Source of the DNA: Leucoraja ocellata
Taxonomy: Eukaryota
Direction of reading: 5' to 3'
Length of the DNA: 64,000 nucleotides
Assembly (NCBI GenBank): GCA_036785375.1
Contig: JAWMAR010000423.1
Span: 310,001-374,000, forward strand
The notes under the pieces are model-generated. The model made no database searches and had not been told where the DNA came from. It saw only the letters and a list, made by a program, of their open reading frames with translations. Positions 1-12,200 of this stretch are shown piece by piece; position 1 is the first letter of the stretch, and the number at the start of each line of letters is the position of its first letter. The position numbers were made by a program, and so were the translations under genes.

Positions 1-124
1 GAAAAATCCTCCCCGCATTCACTCTATCCAGACCACATCTAGTACACCTTTCTCTGCAGTTGACTATCTGTTTAGTTAATTGGTGGTGTGCAGGCCATGA
101 TTAATGTGCAAAATTCGTTTCCAG

Positions 125-251
125 GGAGAGCATTTACAGATTACTGCCTCAGACCACGCCGCAGAATATCATCAAGGACCACAATGCGTACAGCATTGAT
201 CCCATCACCCGATACCCCAAGGTCAATATCCACATTGTGGACCCTAATCAG
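125..251 (+). CDS. MICAL3: Exon: C-terminal end of MICAL monooxygenase domain, (R)[42 protein letters not shown]
   Basis: tttccag acceptor, gttagt donor, 127 nt, phase 2 to 0; MICAL motif [22 protein letters not shown]. Confidence 0.95.
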
Positions 252-3200
252 GTTAGTAAATAATCATTAATGCTCAGTCCACCAACACCATCATGTCTTG
301 CTAAAGAAAGAACTGCAGTTGCTAGAAAAATTGAAGGTAGACACAAAATGCAGGAGAAACTCAGCGGGTGAGGCAGCATCTATGGAGAGAAGGAAATGGC
401 GACGTTTCGGGTTGAGACCCTTCTTCAGATTGATGTCAGGGGAGGGGGTGGGACAAAGAAAGAATGTAGGTGGAGACAGTGGGAGAACTGGGAAGGGGGA
501 AGGGGATAGAGAGAGAGAAAGCAAAGGCTACCAGAAGTTAGATAAGTCAATGTTCATACCCCTTGGGTGTAAACTACCCAAGGGAAATATGAGGTGCTGT
601 TCCTCCAATTTGCAGTGGGCCTCACTCTGACAATGGAGGAGGCCCAGGACAGAAAGGTCAGATTGGGAATGGGAGGGGGAGTTGATGTGCTGGGCCACCG
701 GGAGATCAGCTTGGTTAAGACGGACTGAGCGGAGGCGTTCAGTAAAACAATCACCAAGCCTGCGCTTGGTCTCGACGATGTAGAGAAGTTGATACCTGGA
801 ACAGCAGATGCAGTAGATGAGGTTGGCAGACTCCAAACTGTCTTTCCAGATGAGGCAGAGGTTCACTTGCCCCTCCTCCAGCCTCATCTACTGCATCCGC
901 TGTTCCACGTGTCATCTTCTCTTCATTGGCGTGACCACGCGTAGGCTTGGCGATCGTTTTGCTGAACACCTCCACTCAGTCCGTCTTAACCAAGCTGATC
1001 TCCCGGTGGCCCAGCACTTCAACTCCCCCTCCCATTCCCAATCTGACCTTTTTGTCTTGGGCCTCCTCCATTGTCAGCGTGAGGCCCCGCGCAAATTGGA
1101 GGAACTTCTTCTTTTTCTTCTTAAGTCCTTTGCTCCTCTAGGGAGCATAGGCCATTGACAAATTGGAGCACCTTATATTTTGCTTGGGTAGTTTACACCC
1201 CAGCGGTATGAACATTGACTTCTCTTACTTCAGATAGCCTTTGCTTTCTCTGTCCATCCCCTCTCTCTTCCCAGTTCACCCACTAGTCTTCCTGTCTCCG
1301 CCTACATTTTTTCTTTGTTCCCCCTCCCCTGACATCAGTCTGAAGAATCGTCTCAATCCAAAACGTAGCCAATTCCTTCTCTCCATCGATGCTGCCTCAC
1401 CCGCTGAGTTTCTCCAACATTTTGTGTCAACCGTCTTGTCTTGCATCTTACCAGGAGAACAGGGACTCTTGCTGCAGCTCCAGACTGCTGGGAGACATGG
1501 TCTCCTCTGTCCAACACAGCAGTAACCACAGTACAACTTCCGTCATACAGCATTAAACCCAAGTCAGCACCGCTCTATGAACTATTATAAGCCCTAGTTC
1601 AGCAGTCAACCTGACCTCCTCATCACCACAGCACAAACATAACCCCAAGTCCTAGCCACAGCTTCCTCCAACACTCCTGCCCTCCATTGGATCCAGGCTC
1701 TATCCGTAGCCTTTTCCGAGACCCCTACATTGGATGTAAACCAGCCACTAATGATAAACCTGTTTCTTGCCCTCATCAATTGCTGGACCTTTTGACCATG
1801 GCAGTGATGGTTGCACCTTCCTTGCTAAGACATAACCCCAGCAATCATGCCTGATTGTATTGATTCAAAGCCATGCTAGTGGATCAAAACTGGACGTCCA
1901 TGAGGACTCTGTCCCTTTAGCACCACCAAAACAAGCCCTTCTGCCCAACTCGTCCATGCCAACCTATGTGTCTATCTGAGTTTGTTCCATTTGCAAATGT
2001 ACACCTCCCCAATCTGTAACCTCATGGCCCGCCATATACGCGTCCCTACCCATGCCTTCAGTGAGGGGTATACATTCGGCATGCCTGAAATCGAACAACG
2101 GATTACATGTGTGTAGAAGCCGAGGCAAACAATCCCGTAAGGTCAAAACTCTGCATTCATGCCCTGAAATGCAGTGAATGGCGCTGGGCAGTTGGCCCTC
2201 CAGTCTGAGGAGGCAGCTTTGTGGCTATCCCTAGCGCAGTGGAAACAGGACACAAAGTGCTGGAGTAAGCGGGTCAGGCGACATCTCTGACGGAGAACAC
2301 GGATAGGTGATGTTTTGAGTCGGGAAACGGGAGCTGTCTTCCCACTCAGCATAGAGGAGCCCGGAAAAAGCAAGGTTGAAATGTTCATCCAGAAGAGCCG
2401 ATGGTTGATTCACTTGCCTTCCTCCTCCGGAGGCATCCCTCCTCTGCAGCACAGCGCTGTAGTCAATCAGATCCTTTGTGTGTATCATGGAACACATGAG
2501 TGACAGGAATCGACGGATCCAAAAGACCCAATACTGAGGAAAGGTTTGTGCTCCCTCAGCAGCTATACCTCGGGCTGCTTTGCTGTTACACACCCGACCG
2601 TGTGGAATAATGCCCAAGTGTGTCCTCTCAACAAGAGGCAGGAGAAATCCAACTGTTTATGAGCAGCATTTCACCATCATCTTCCCACAGCGAATGCAGG
2701 AAGGTGTTGCCGACTTCAGCTCTAACCTGCCCGCTCATGTTTAGTTTATCTGCTCCAGGCCGACACAGCTCCAGGCAATATTACATTCTTGGTCCACACA
2801 TGAACGAAGAGCCAAACTCCAGCACCGATGTGAGAGACTGTCCCTGAAGTCAAGGGAGCTTTTGACCCGAGAAGCCTCCGGTGAAAGGAAGAGATTGTGA
2901 TTCCTGCAGTCCCCAGAACATCAGTGAATCCAAGGCACTACCACTTGAGTCAATGCATCTTCTCTGCTCACTGCCCAGTGGTCAATTCTATTTGATGTCA
3001 CTCACTTAATGATGCAAGAACAAGGGAAAGTTGGGCATGAACTATGTAATGATTGCATTTAACAACAGTTTCTTGACTTGCCATTACCTTTGTCTGATAA
3101 CCGACCGCTGACACTGTGGATGCATCAATCAGGGGCCCAGGCCCCTGCTCACTATCACCACAAGAGAAGTTGGGAAACAGGACATCTGCCGCCCCCAGGG

Positions 3201-6200
3201 TGTGACTCAAACTTGACTCCCTGGCGCTGCTCCCCCTTTGGAAAGCGATAAGCAACAGTGGGGCAGAACACTCCCCACCTGTCTGGATGAGCACCAGTCC
3301 GATGACTCCTAAGAAGTACGACATCAATCTGGAAAAAGCAACCATCCTAAAAACCTCATTCCACCATCAGCAGTGGTGCGTGCCAGGTACAGGAAGTAAT
3401 CTGGCAATGTATCAAGGCTTTCTTCACAATACTCCCCAATGCCCAACACTTTGGAAAAGGGTAGAAGGTACGTGGGAACGCCAATTTCCGGAGGGACTCT
3501 CCCGCAAACCTGAGTCTGAGCACCGGAATGCATCAAGAGATAAAGGGCCATACTCTACTGCACAGGGGACAAGCACCCATGACGGGTGGACTGCAATGAA
3601 TCTCCCACCTTCTCAAGGACAATTAGGAATGGGCAATAAATGTTGTGAACATGAGCAAATCACAAAAATATCTCAGGATGAAGATTTCCACATTTCCTTC
3701 TCGTAAGATGCAATGCATCGTCTGACATCATCAGACCAACAGCAAAACTAGTCTCCCGACCCCGTCTTTCCTCTGGCCCCCATGCTCAAAGCATCCCTTC
3801 CCTCAAGCTCTGCCTGAAGCAGTCGGCCTTAATCTAAACGCACCTTCCATCCAATCCAACCTCGCATCCAACATCAGGAAGTTAAATCTTCTATGCCCAC
3901 AAGCTCCCATGGCACTCTGATGCAGGAGGAACCGTCACCCTTGCTCTAGTCTTCAGTAACGTCCTATCAGCAATAACTGAGCCAATTCCAGCAGCTTGTT
4001 TCACAGCAGCAAATTTGACCTGCCAGACCCAGCACCCAGCAGTTACCATGAACACAACCGCACTCCTCGGGTTTAGCCCTGATGCTACAGAGGATCCAGC
4101 CCTAACAGTACAACTGAAAACAGACAGCATCCGTTATGCCCTCTCACAGCAGACTAATTCCCCCACCCTACCCTGAACCTTCACAGTCACCCCAACGTAT
4201 CAGGAACCGAGCCAAACCCATCGGGCGGATGGAAGGGGTGGGATTGGGGGAGGGATAGTTGGCGAGCTTTCAGAGGAGGCTGATGTTGGATATAATTCCG
4301 CACAAGGGTTGCTGGTAGCAGTCCTGCTTCCTGACCTGCGATCGATACTCTCCAGCTAACTGGTCCTGTTCCATCTCACTCGCATTTCCGTAGCTTTGGA
4401 GGTTTAATGGGAACTGGCTCCTCTTCACAACGGTCTCTCCCAGGAGGGGCTCCAGCTTCTAATGCCACTTTACCCAAGGCTTCTTCACCAGGCCCCGACC
4501 TCTCTAATATTGACCCTTTCTTGGCTGCATGGGTGGGTAATAATTATTACACTCTCAAACATCATCGGCACTAATCCTGCAACAAAGCACTGGTATTTAT
4601 CGCCCGTGCTGAAAGCTTCAGCCGCAGCAAGACTGACGTATCCCTTTGCTTTTGGCAGGTACGGCGCTTGTGGATCACAGCCGATCAAAAGCTCATTGCA
4701 GCACCCGAACCTCCAGAAATTTCAAAGTCACCACGCACGAAGCAGAGCACCGGTGAGTGAAAGAAGTACAATGTGAGATCCCAAAGGAATGGAGACTGGG
4801 ATTGTCACCAACGATGACCTTCCACTCAATGATTTTGTTGTTTTAGCAATGGCTCGGTCTATAAATGTCCGAGAATGTAAGCGTACTTTAAAGGGTCAGG
4901 AGCAGACCTGTAGTTCCACAGGCCCTGCACTGTGGAAGAACAATGCTCTTCAATCAACTTAAACCAACCTGAGCAGCAGCTTAATCCGGGCACACCTCTA
5001 GTAGTGCCGTGGAGTTGCTTCCAGTCTGGTCCTGTTACTCCCTAGTTCTTGACTGACTCATTCAGTCCTGTGCAGACTCTCCTAACCCACGTATCATATC
5101 TGCATGCCCTTGCCCATAGAGTCATAGAAACAGAACCTTCAGCCCGCCATGTCCATGCTGACGTTTTTTGGCCTTCGGCACTCATCTTCATAAACTTATA
5201 CGGACTAATTCCCGATCCTCTCTGACTCTCAGCACATCCTTCCGACCTTGCTTTCCAGAACCTCTGCAGGCTGTTTTATTGCGCGTCTGATTGCTCTACT
5301 TACCGTGCATCTAGTGCCAATGTCCTTGATGTTGGCTCCTTTTCTGCAATTCCTCCACAAAATGGATTCACAATTGTGACAATGATGTTCTCAGACATTT
5401 GAGTGGCAGGATCACCGTATAGCGAGGTCTTTACAGATCTCAGGACCTAGTCACCTTCCCTGATATATTTCAATGATTTAGACTTAAATATAGAGTATGA
5501 ATGATTGGACTAATTGCAAATGGTACAAAAATTAACTGCTAACATAGAATACAGACATATAACAGCACAGGATGTCTGTGTCAAATATGATACCTGCTTA
5601 AACTAATGCTTCCTGCCTGCACATGCTTCACATCCCCCCCATTCTGCATAGCAACGTGCCTGTCTAAAAGTTTCTTAAACGCAACAATCATAATCTGCTT
5701 CCACCATCATCCCTGACAACACATTCCAGGCACCTATCGCTGTCTGTATAAAAGCTAAAACGTGCATCTCCTTTGAACCTTTGTCCTTTGACCTTATAGC
5801 TATGTCCTCTACTATTTGAAATTTTCACCCTAGGAGAAATAGAGTCATAGAGAGTGATACAGTGTAGAAACAGGCGCTTCGGCCCAACCTGCCCACACCG
5901 GCCACATGTCCCAGCTACACTAGTCCCACCTGCCTGCGCTTGGTCCATATCCCTCCAAACCTGTCTTATCCATGTGCCTGTCTAACTGTTTCTTAAACGC
6001 TGGGATAGTCCCAGCCTCAACTATCTCATCAGGTTCCATACACCCACCACCCTTTGTGTGAATGTTCTGATAGTCTACCTTATTTATGTCCCTCATAACT
6101 TATCATTTCTATCAAGTTGTGATTCGTTTCATAGTCTGTGCAAAGGTTGGCTGGGCGGTGGTATTGGTATTAGCAGTGGGGAGGAAAGCTGTGGGTGGCA

Positions 6201-9200
6201 GGGAGCTATCAACGAATTGCACGGAAGAGCAACAATCTGTCAAAGGAAGTTCGGTCCAGAGCACGAGGCAATGGTTTTGAGAATGGCCGACAGTGCAAGG
6301 GGAGAGAGTAAGTGTTTTGGTGCCAGGCCATTGGCAGAGAGTCAAAGAGATGGGGATGCTTAATGAAATGTTGTGAGTCAATAGAAAGATTCAAAGCGAG
6401 GTGGGTGGTGCTTTTCAGCCTGAGAGTAGAGGGAATCTGGAGCTCTTGCCTGAAGCCCTAGTTGGATTGGCAACCCTCATCGCAAATATAACATATCTGG
6501 GTGACGAGTCAATAAGTTTGTATAATGGGTCTGAATAGCATTTCCTCAGTCAGCAGAGACATGGTTGCCTTAAATTCAGACACTGGGCTGACCCTGCACC
6601 CTGTCTTGTAATCTCATACCGGATGATGCACCAAGGTCCCTAAGATCCCGTTCCAGTACAATCCTGATCAGATTTACCTCATACTGCACCAACCCCCATT
6701 GCTGCACCTTTCTCCATGACCCATCTAGCCTGTACCGACCCTCCTGATCACAATCCCTGCAACTGCAACATTCTCACCCCCCTCCCCCTAAACCATGTGC
6801 TAGTAATGCCTCCTTTCTGTTTACAGAAACCTTGGCACGGTCAAATGTGTTGCTCGCCTGGTGCCAGAAGCAAACGCAGGGCTACAAGAATGTCAACGTG
6901 GTCGACCTGACGGCATCGTGGAAGAGCGGACTGGCGCTCTGTGCCATCATCCATCGATACCGCCCAGACCTGATGTGAGTGTCTGCAGCCGCGTCTTGCC
7001 TGCTTTGAGGGGCCAGTGGGGAACTGGAACCATTACATACAGAGCTCCACCTCTCCCGCAAAAGGTGGCCTTCGTCAACAAAGCCAATTTTTACTGCTGG
7101 CACTCAGGATATGCAGCAGTGGTGACGTACCAATTATTATTTTGAATTTGGGCTCCACCTACGTTATTTTGGGATGTTTGGATGCAACTGAAGCTTATGT
7201 TGTGGTCTCACTGGAATCTTCTGTTCTGTGTGTGTGATGCGTTTTCCTGTCTAGGCTGGCCTTTCACTGAAATCCAATGCAGAATCCTTGAGTGTCCTAT
7301 CAGCAGTGTGAATTAATTAGGTCAATGTGTTAGATTTTGATTACCTTCTGGAACATGGCCAGCATTTATTACCATCCACTGAGAAATGTTAGAAGTGAAT
7401 GTTTTCATAGTGTTGATGGGGGATGAGGGTTGTAGGATTTTTAAGGACGTGACAGATGGTGAGTAATCTTAGAGGAGTCTTGCTTCCTTTGACCTTCCAG
7501 ATAATAGAGTGCTCTAACAGGTGAGATGTGCACTGCATCTTACTGCAGGTGAGATATTCCGATGGAGGAAAAAAATGTTAGTCTCGGTAACGGTGAGAGT
7601 AAACTCACAGCATTGCATACAGCCATCATGTTGATACGGTTTTTTTTGAGGGCTGGGGAATCTGCCTTCTTAGTGGCTGATGGGCAAAGAATGCTTGCAT
7701 TTCATGACACCAGGCTGCTGTTAATATTGTAAGATACTGGAATGGCTTAGTTTGCTGTGCCGTTCAGTAAGTCTGTGATCTGATCTTAGTCCTGAACTCC
7801 TGTGCCCCATATTCAAATTATTTCTGTTACCTCAGCCTGTACTAAGTGATTCGGCATCCAAAGAATCACAGCCCCTGAGAGGAAATAATTCACCTTAAAT
7901 AGAATTAAATAGAATAGGTAGAATTCTGAAACAATACTACCTAGTATTAGATTCCCTCCCCCCCCACCACCAAAGAGCAAAATCTTACCAAACCCAGTCA
8001 GCCATATTTCAGCGAGATCACCCATTTTCCTGTTCTGGACCGCAGCTGATTCACTTTTCAGTGCAAGGGCAACTTGTTCAGTCAGTCAATCCACCCAGCA
8101 AATCCTGTGACTACCTGACCGATTGATCAATTAACCAATGTTCCTTCCCGTTTGCCTGCAGCGACTTTCAGCAGCTGAATGAGAGGAACGTGGAGAGCAA
8201 TAACCAGCTGGCATTCGACATTGCCGAGCGTGAGTTTGGGATTTCGCCCATAATGACGGGGAAGGAGATGGCATCCGTGGGTGAACCGGACAAACTGAGC
8301 ATGGTGATGTACCTGCTGCAGTTCTACGAGATGCTCAAGGACATCTCTCCTGATGGTGAGCAGATGCATTCAGTGCATTTTATTTGAAAAAAAATCCGCA
8401 CTGTTTAGTTTAGAACATAAAAACATAGAAAAATAGGTGCAGGGAGTAGCTCATTCGGCCCTTGGAGCCAGCACCGTCATTCAAAATGATCATGGCTGAT
8501 CATCTAAAATCAGTACACCATTCCTGCTTTTTCCCCATATCCCTTGATTCCTTTAGCCTTAAGAGCTAAATCTAACTCCCTCTTGAAAACACCCAATGAA
8601 TTGGCCGCCACTGCCTTCTATGGCAGAGAATTTCACAGATTCACAACTGGGTGAAAAGGTTGTTCACCTAGTATAGCCATGATATAAATGAATCTGTGAC
8701 CTCTTGGGGGGGAGGGGGTTGTGGGGGTTTGTAGCAATTGACCTTATTGTGATTTTCCACAATGCAAAGCCACGTCACCTACTCGTGCATCCATTGAGAA
8801 TTGTTACTTGAAATAAAATTATGTTGATTTATTTACGTTTTACCCACATCATTTCCATACGAGCAAATTTTATTCTGTATCTCAAATTTTTAGACAATGA
8901 TTTATGAATTCCACACAGGTGAATTTCCGTTATTTAGAGAACAGTATTTGTATTACGAGGGCCGAATTGTTAATCACACACATTCTATCGGGCGCTAGAG
9001 AACCACTTCAAAGTTACTTTGAAAATTAACAAGCAGAATAACAGCTGCCTTGGGGAAAAGAAATTGCTCCCATGCAACCTCCTTGCAATAATCAGACACC
9101 ATTCTCTCTTAAGAACACAATTCACTGCTGGAGGCCTTGAGAATAGTACCTTGTCACTTTTATTGAAACTTGTCCAATGGAAGTTAATTAAATAATGTTC

Positions 9201-12200
9201 AGTGTCTTTAGCTTGCAGTAACAAAACCAAACTTAAATACCTTTATTTTTTTAAATCCTGTGCGAAAAATAATGTTACACCCCCCCCCCCCTTTTCTCCT
9301 TTGGCACAATTGTTTTATAACACAGTTTAATAGAGCGCAAACCTTCTTAGGAACGCAATGTTTGCTTTATAGCAGAACTATCAGTGAACTTGTGTTAAAT
9401 AACATCTCCATTTTGTGGTGATACAATCATTTTGTTAATTAACTAATACTCCAGGGTATAGTAGTACAGTTTTTGTGGTAAAGGACTAATACTCCAAGAG
9501 TAATATTGTCGTAGTGTTAAGTGGTTAATGCGCTGGTCTGTACTGGTCTATTTGTGGTTAATACTCTGGTCTGTACTGGTATTCAAGCGTATGGTAAGTT
9601 TAGTCACATTCGTTAGATTTGTACACCAGCTACTCCACCTTGTGAAAGGGCCACTAATCCAGGATGTGGCTGTTGATGTGTGATTATTAGCAAGTGACAT
9701 GTGTTACAGATTGAGATATTATCGTGTTATTGATCAAGTACCACAGGGTCTGGACCAATGGTCGGAAATCGTGAGTTTGATTGACACCATAGGGGAACAG
9801 ATTTAAATTGGCGTGCTTAAGAATCAGGGTCGTAAGGAGAAAAACAAATGCAGTAAGTGGTTAGCTTCAGGGGCGCATACCACCAGATTCAGAGGCAAGG
9901 GAATTGGAAAAGTCTGGGAGAGAAAAAAATTGCAGGGTTAAGTGAAAGAGCAGGCAGTTAGGCCAGACTGAATTGTCACAAAGAACCGTCAATGATTTGA
10001 TGAGCCGGATGCTCCTTCAATGATGCATTTGTTTGTGGCCTTTAATTAAGGTGGTTATTGAGAATATTTACCAATGTATATCATGCAATCACAGATTCCA
10101 ACACAGAATTCTTAATTCTAAGCAAGAGTGGCCATTACCTGATACTCTCCCCAAAGTCCTGCATAAAGAATAACCCCAGTCTCTTCAATCGTTTCTTTTA
10201 ACTACAGCCCTCCATTCCAGGCATGATCCTGGTGAATCTCTTCTGCGCTCCCTCTGTACCCACATCCTTCCTGCAGTGTGTGGTGACTGGAACTGTACTA
10301 GCTTGATTCCAGGCACGTGTTATATGTATCTACTGTTCACCCAGAATATAAAAGAAAGTGGGTCTGATTTAGAGTTTGGTTCAACAGAACAGGTTTAAGT
10401 GGCAGGTTCTGTTCATATAGGCGGCTTGTCATCAGCTGTACTGACTCATTCTGCGTTTGCAGCCACTGGGCTAAAGTTATGAATGGACTTCTCCCCTACA
10501 GAATACCTGCTGGGATTTCACTCATCCACCATTGGGGTTACCACAAAATCGCCCATCTCGTTCCTCACCAGGCTGGGACAGAATATCACACGAAAACGGA
10601 TGCCAAAGGTAAGCTTCTGAGGAGAGGGGGGGGAAGTGTTTCCTGCTCATTTGTACCGGTGATTCTGCTACCACCGGGTAGAAGAACAAGGATGGATCTG
10701 GTTTAGGTTCCATCACTTCTGGACGTGGCAGCACAAACGCTGAAGGTTGTGAGAGGGATCAGTAGTTGTTTAGACTGAGCCAGTAAAGACTGATCTTCAA
10801 AGTCAAAGGTGGAGAGAATTAGACCACCGCTCCAGGGAGTTGGAGTATTTAGTTTCCTAGACATTCTGTGTTCCTGACATAGGCTTACACATGTCCTGAA
10901 TAAACATCGAGGTAAACTAGTGCCTCCCATCACTTTCTATATCGGTGAGACCAAGCGGAGGTTGGGCGATCGTTTCGCCGAACGCCTCCGCTCAGTCCGT
11001 AATAACCAACCTGACCTCCTGGTGGCTCAACACTTCAACTCCCCCTCTCACTCCGTATCCGACCTCTCTTTCCTGGGTCTCCTCCATGGCCAGAGCGAGC
11101 AACACCGGAAATTGGAGGAACAGCACCTCGTATTCCGCTTGGGGAGTCTGCATCCTGGGGGCTTGAACATTGAATTCTCCCAATTTTGTTAGCCCTTGCT
11201 GTCTCCTCCCCTTCCTTAGCCCTCCTGCTGTCTCCTCCCATCCCCCAGCCTTCGACCTCCTCTTCCTTTTTCCTTTCTTCTCCCCACCCCCCCCATCTCC
11301 GATCAGTCTGAAGAGGGGTTTCGGCCCGAAACGTTGCCTTTTTCCTTCGTTCCATAGATGCTGCTGCACCCGCTGAGTTTCTCCAGCTTTTTTGTGTACC
11401 TTCGATTTTCCAGCATCTGCAGTTCCTTCTTAAACACTGATCTTCACAGTGTTCACCAGTGTCCATTAATCCACTCCTGATTGCATTCAATATTATCCAC
11501 TAGACTAGACCATCCACAACTAGCCCATTAATCCCCTCCAATGTTTACTAGTCACGCCCATTGTCCAATGAGTTCACAAGTGCCCAAAACCCCACTTCCC
11601 ACCTGTGTACTATTGGTCACCTTTAGCTGAGTTTGCAAGAGTTTTCTAGTGCACTTCCTGCTTGCCATGTCACTGCTCGTCATCCCACTTTGTGCTAACC
11701 TTCACAAGCCCACTTCACACTGTGTTCACGTATCCATAGGCCCACTTCACACTGTGTTCACGTGTTCACAAGCCTACATCACACTGTGTTTACGATGTCT
11801 GCAGGCCACTTCCCATTGTGTTCAGGTGTCTCCATGAGCCCACCCCACTGTATTCACTACTGCTCACCTTCAGCTGTGTTTATAGGTTTTGACTGACACA
11901 CTTCCTGCTCTGTTACGCCCACTGCCCCACGTCCCACTTTGAGCTAACATCCTTGAGCCCACACCCTGTTGTTCACAATTATCCAGGCAGCTGTTTCACG
12001 CCGTGTTTGTGAGTATTCACAAGCCTACATAACACTGTGTGCATGAGTGTCAGCAGTCTCACGTCTCACTGTGTTCATCATTATCCACCAGCACACGTCA
12101 CACAGTGTTCACAGGTTCTGCAGATCCACGCCCCGTTATGGTCACAAGTATCTACAGCTAATTTCACGCTGTGTTCGTGAGTACCCACTGTGCGCAGGTT

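Noticed and set aside
10463-10501. Upstream alternative acceptor (tttgcag ending at 10462)
   Set aside because: The in-frame extension contains TGA.
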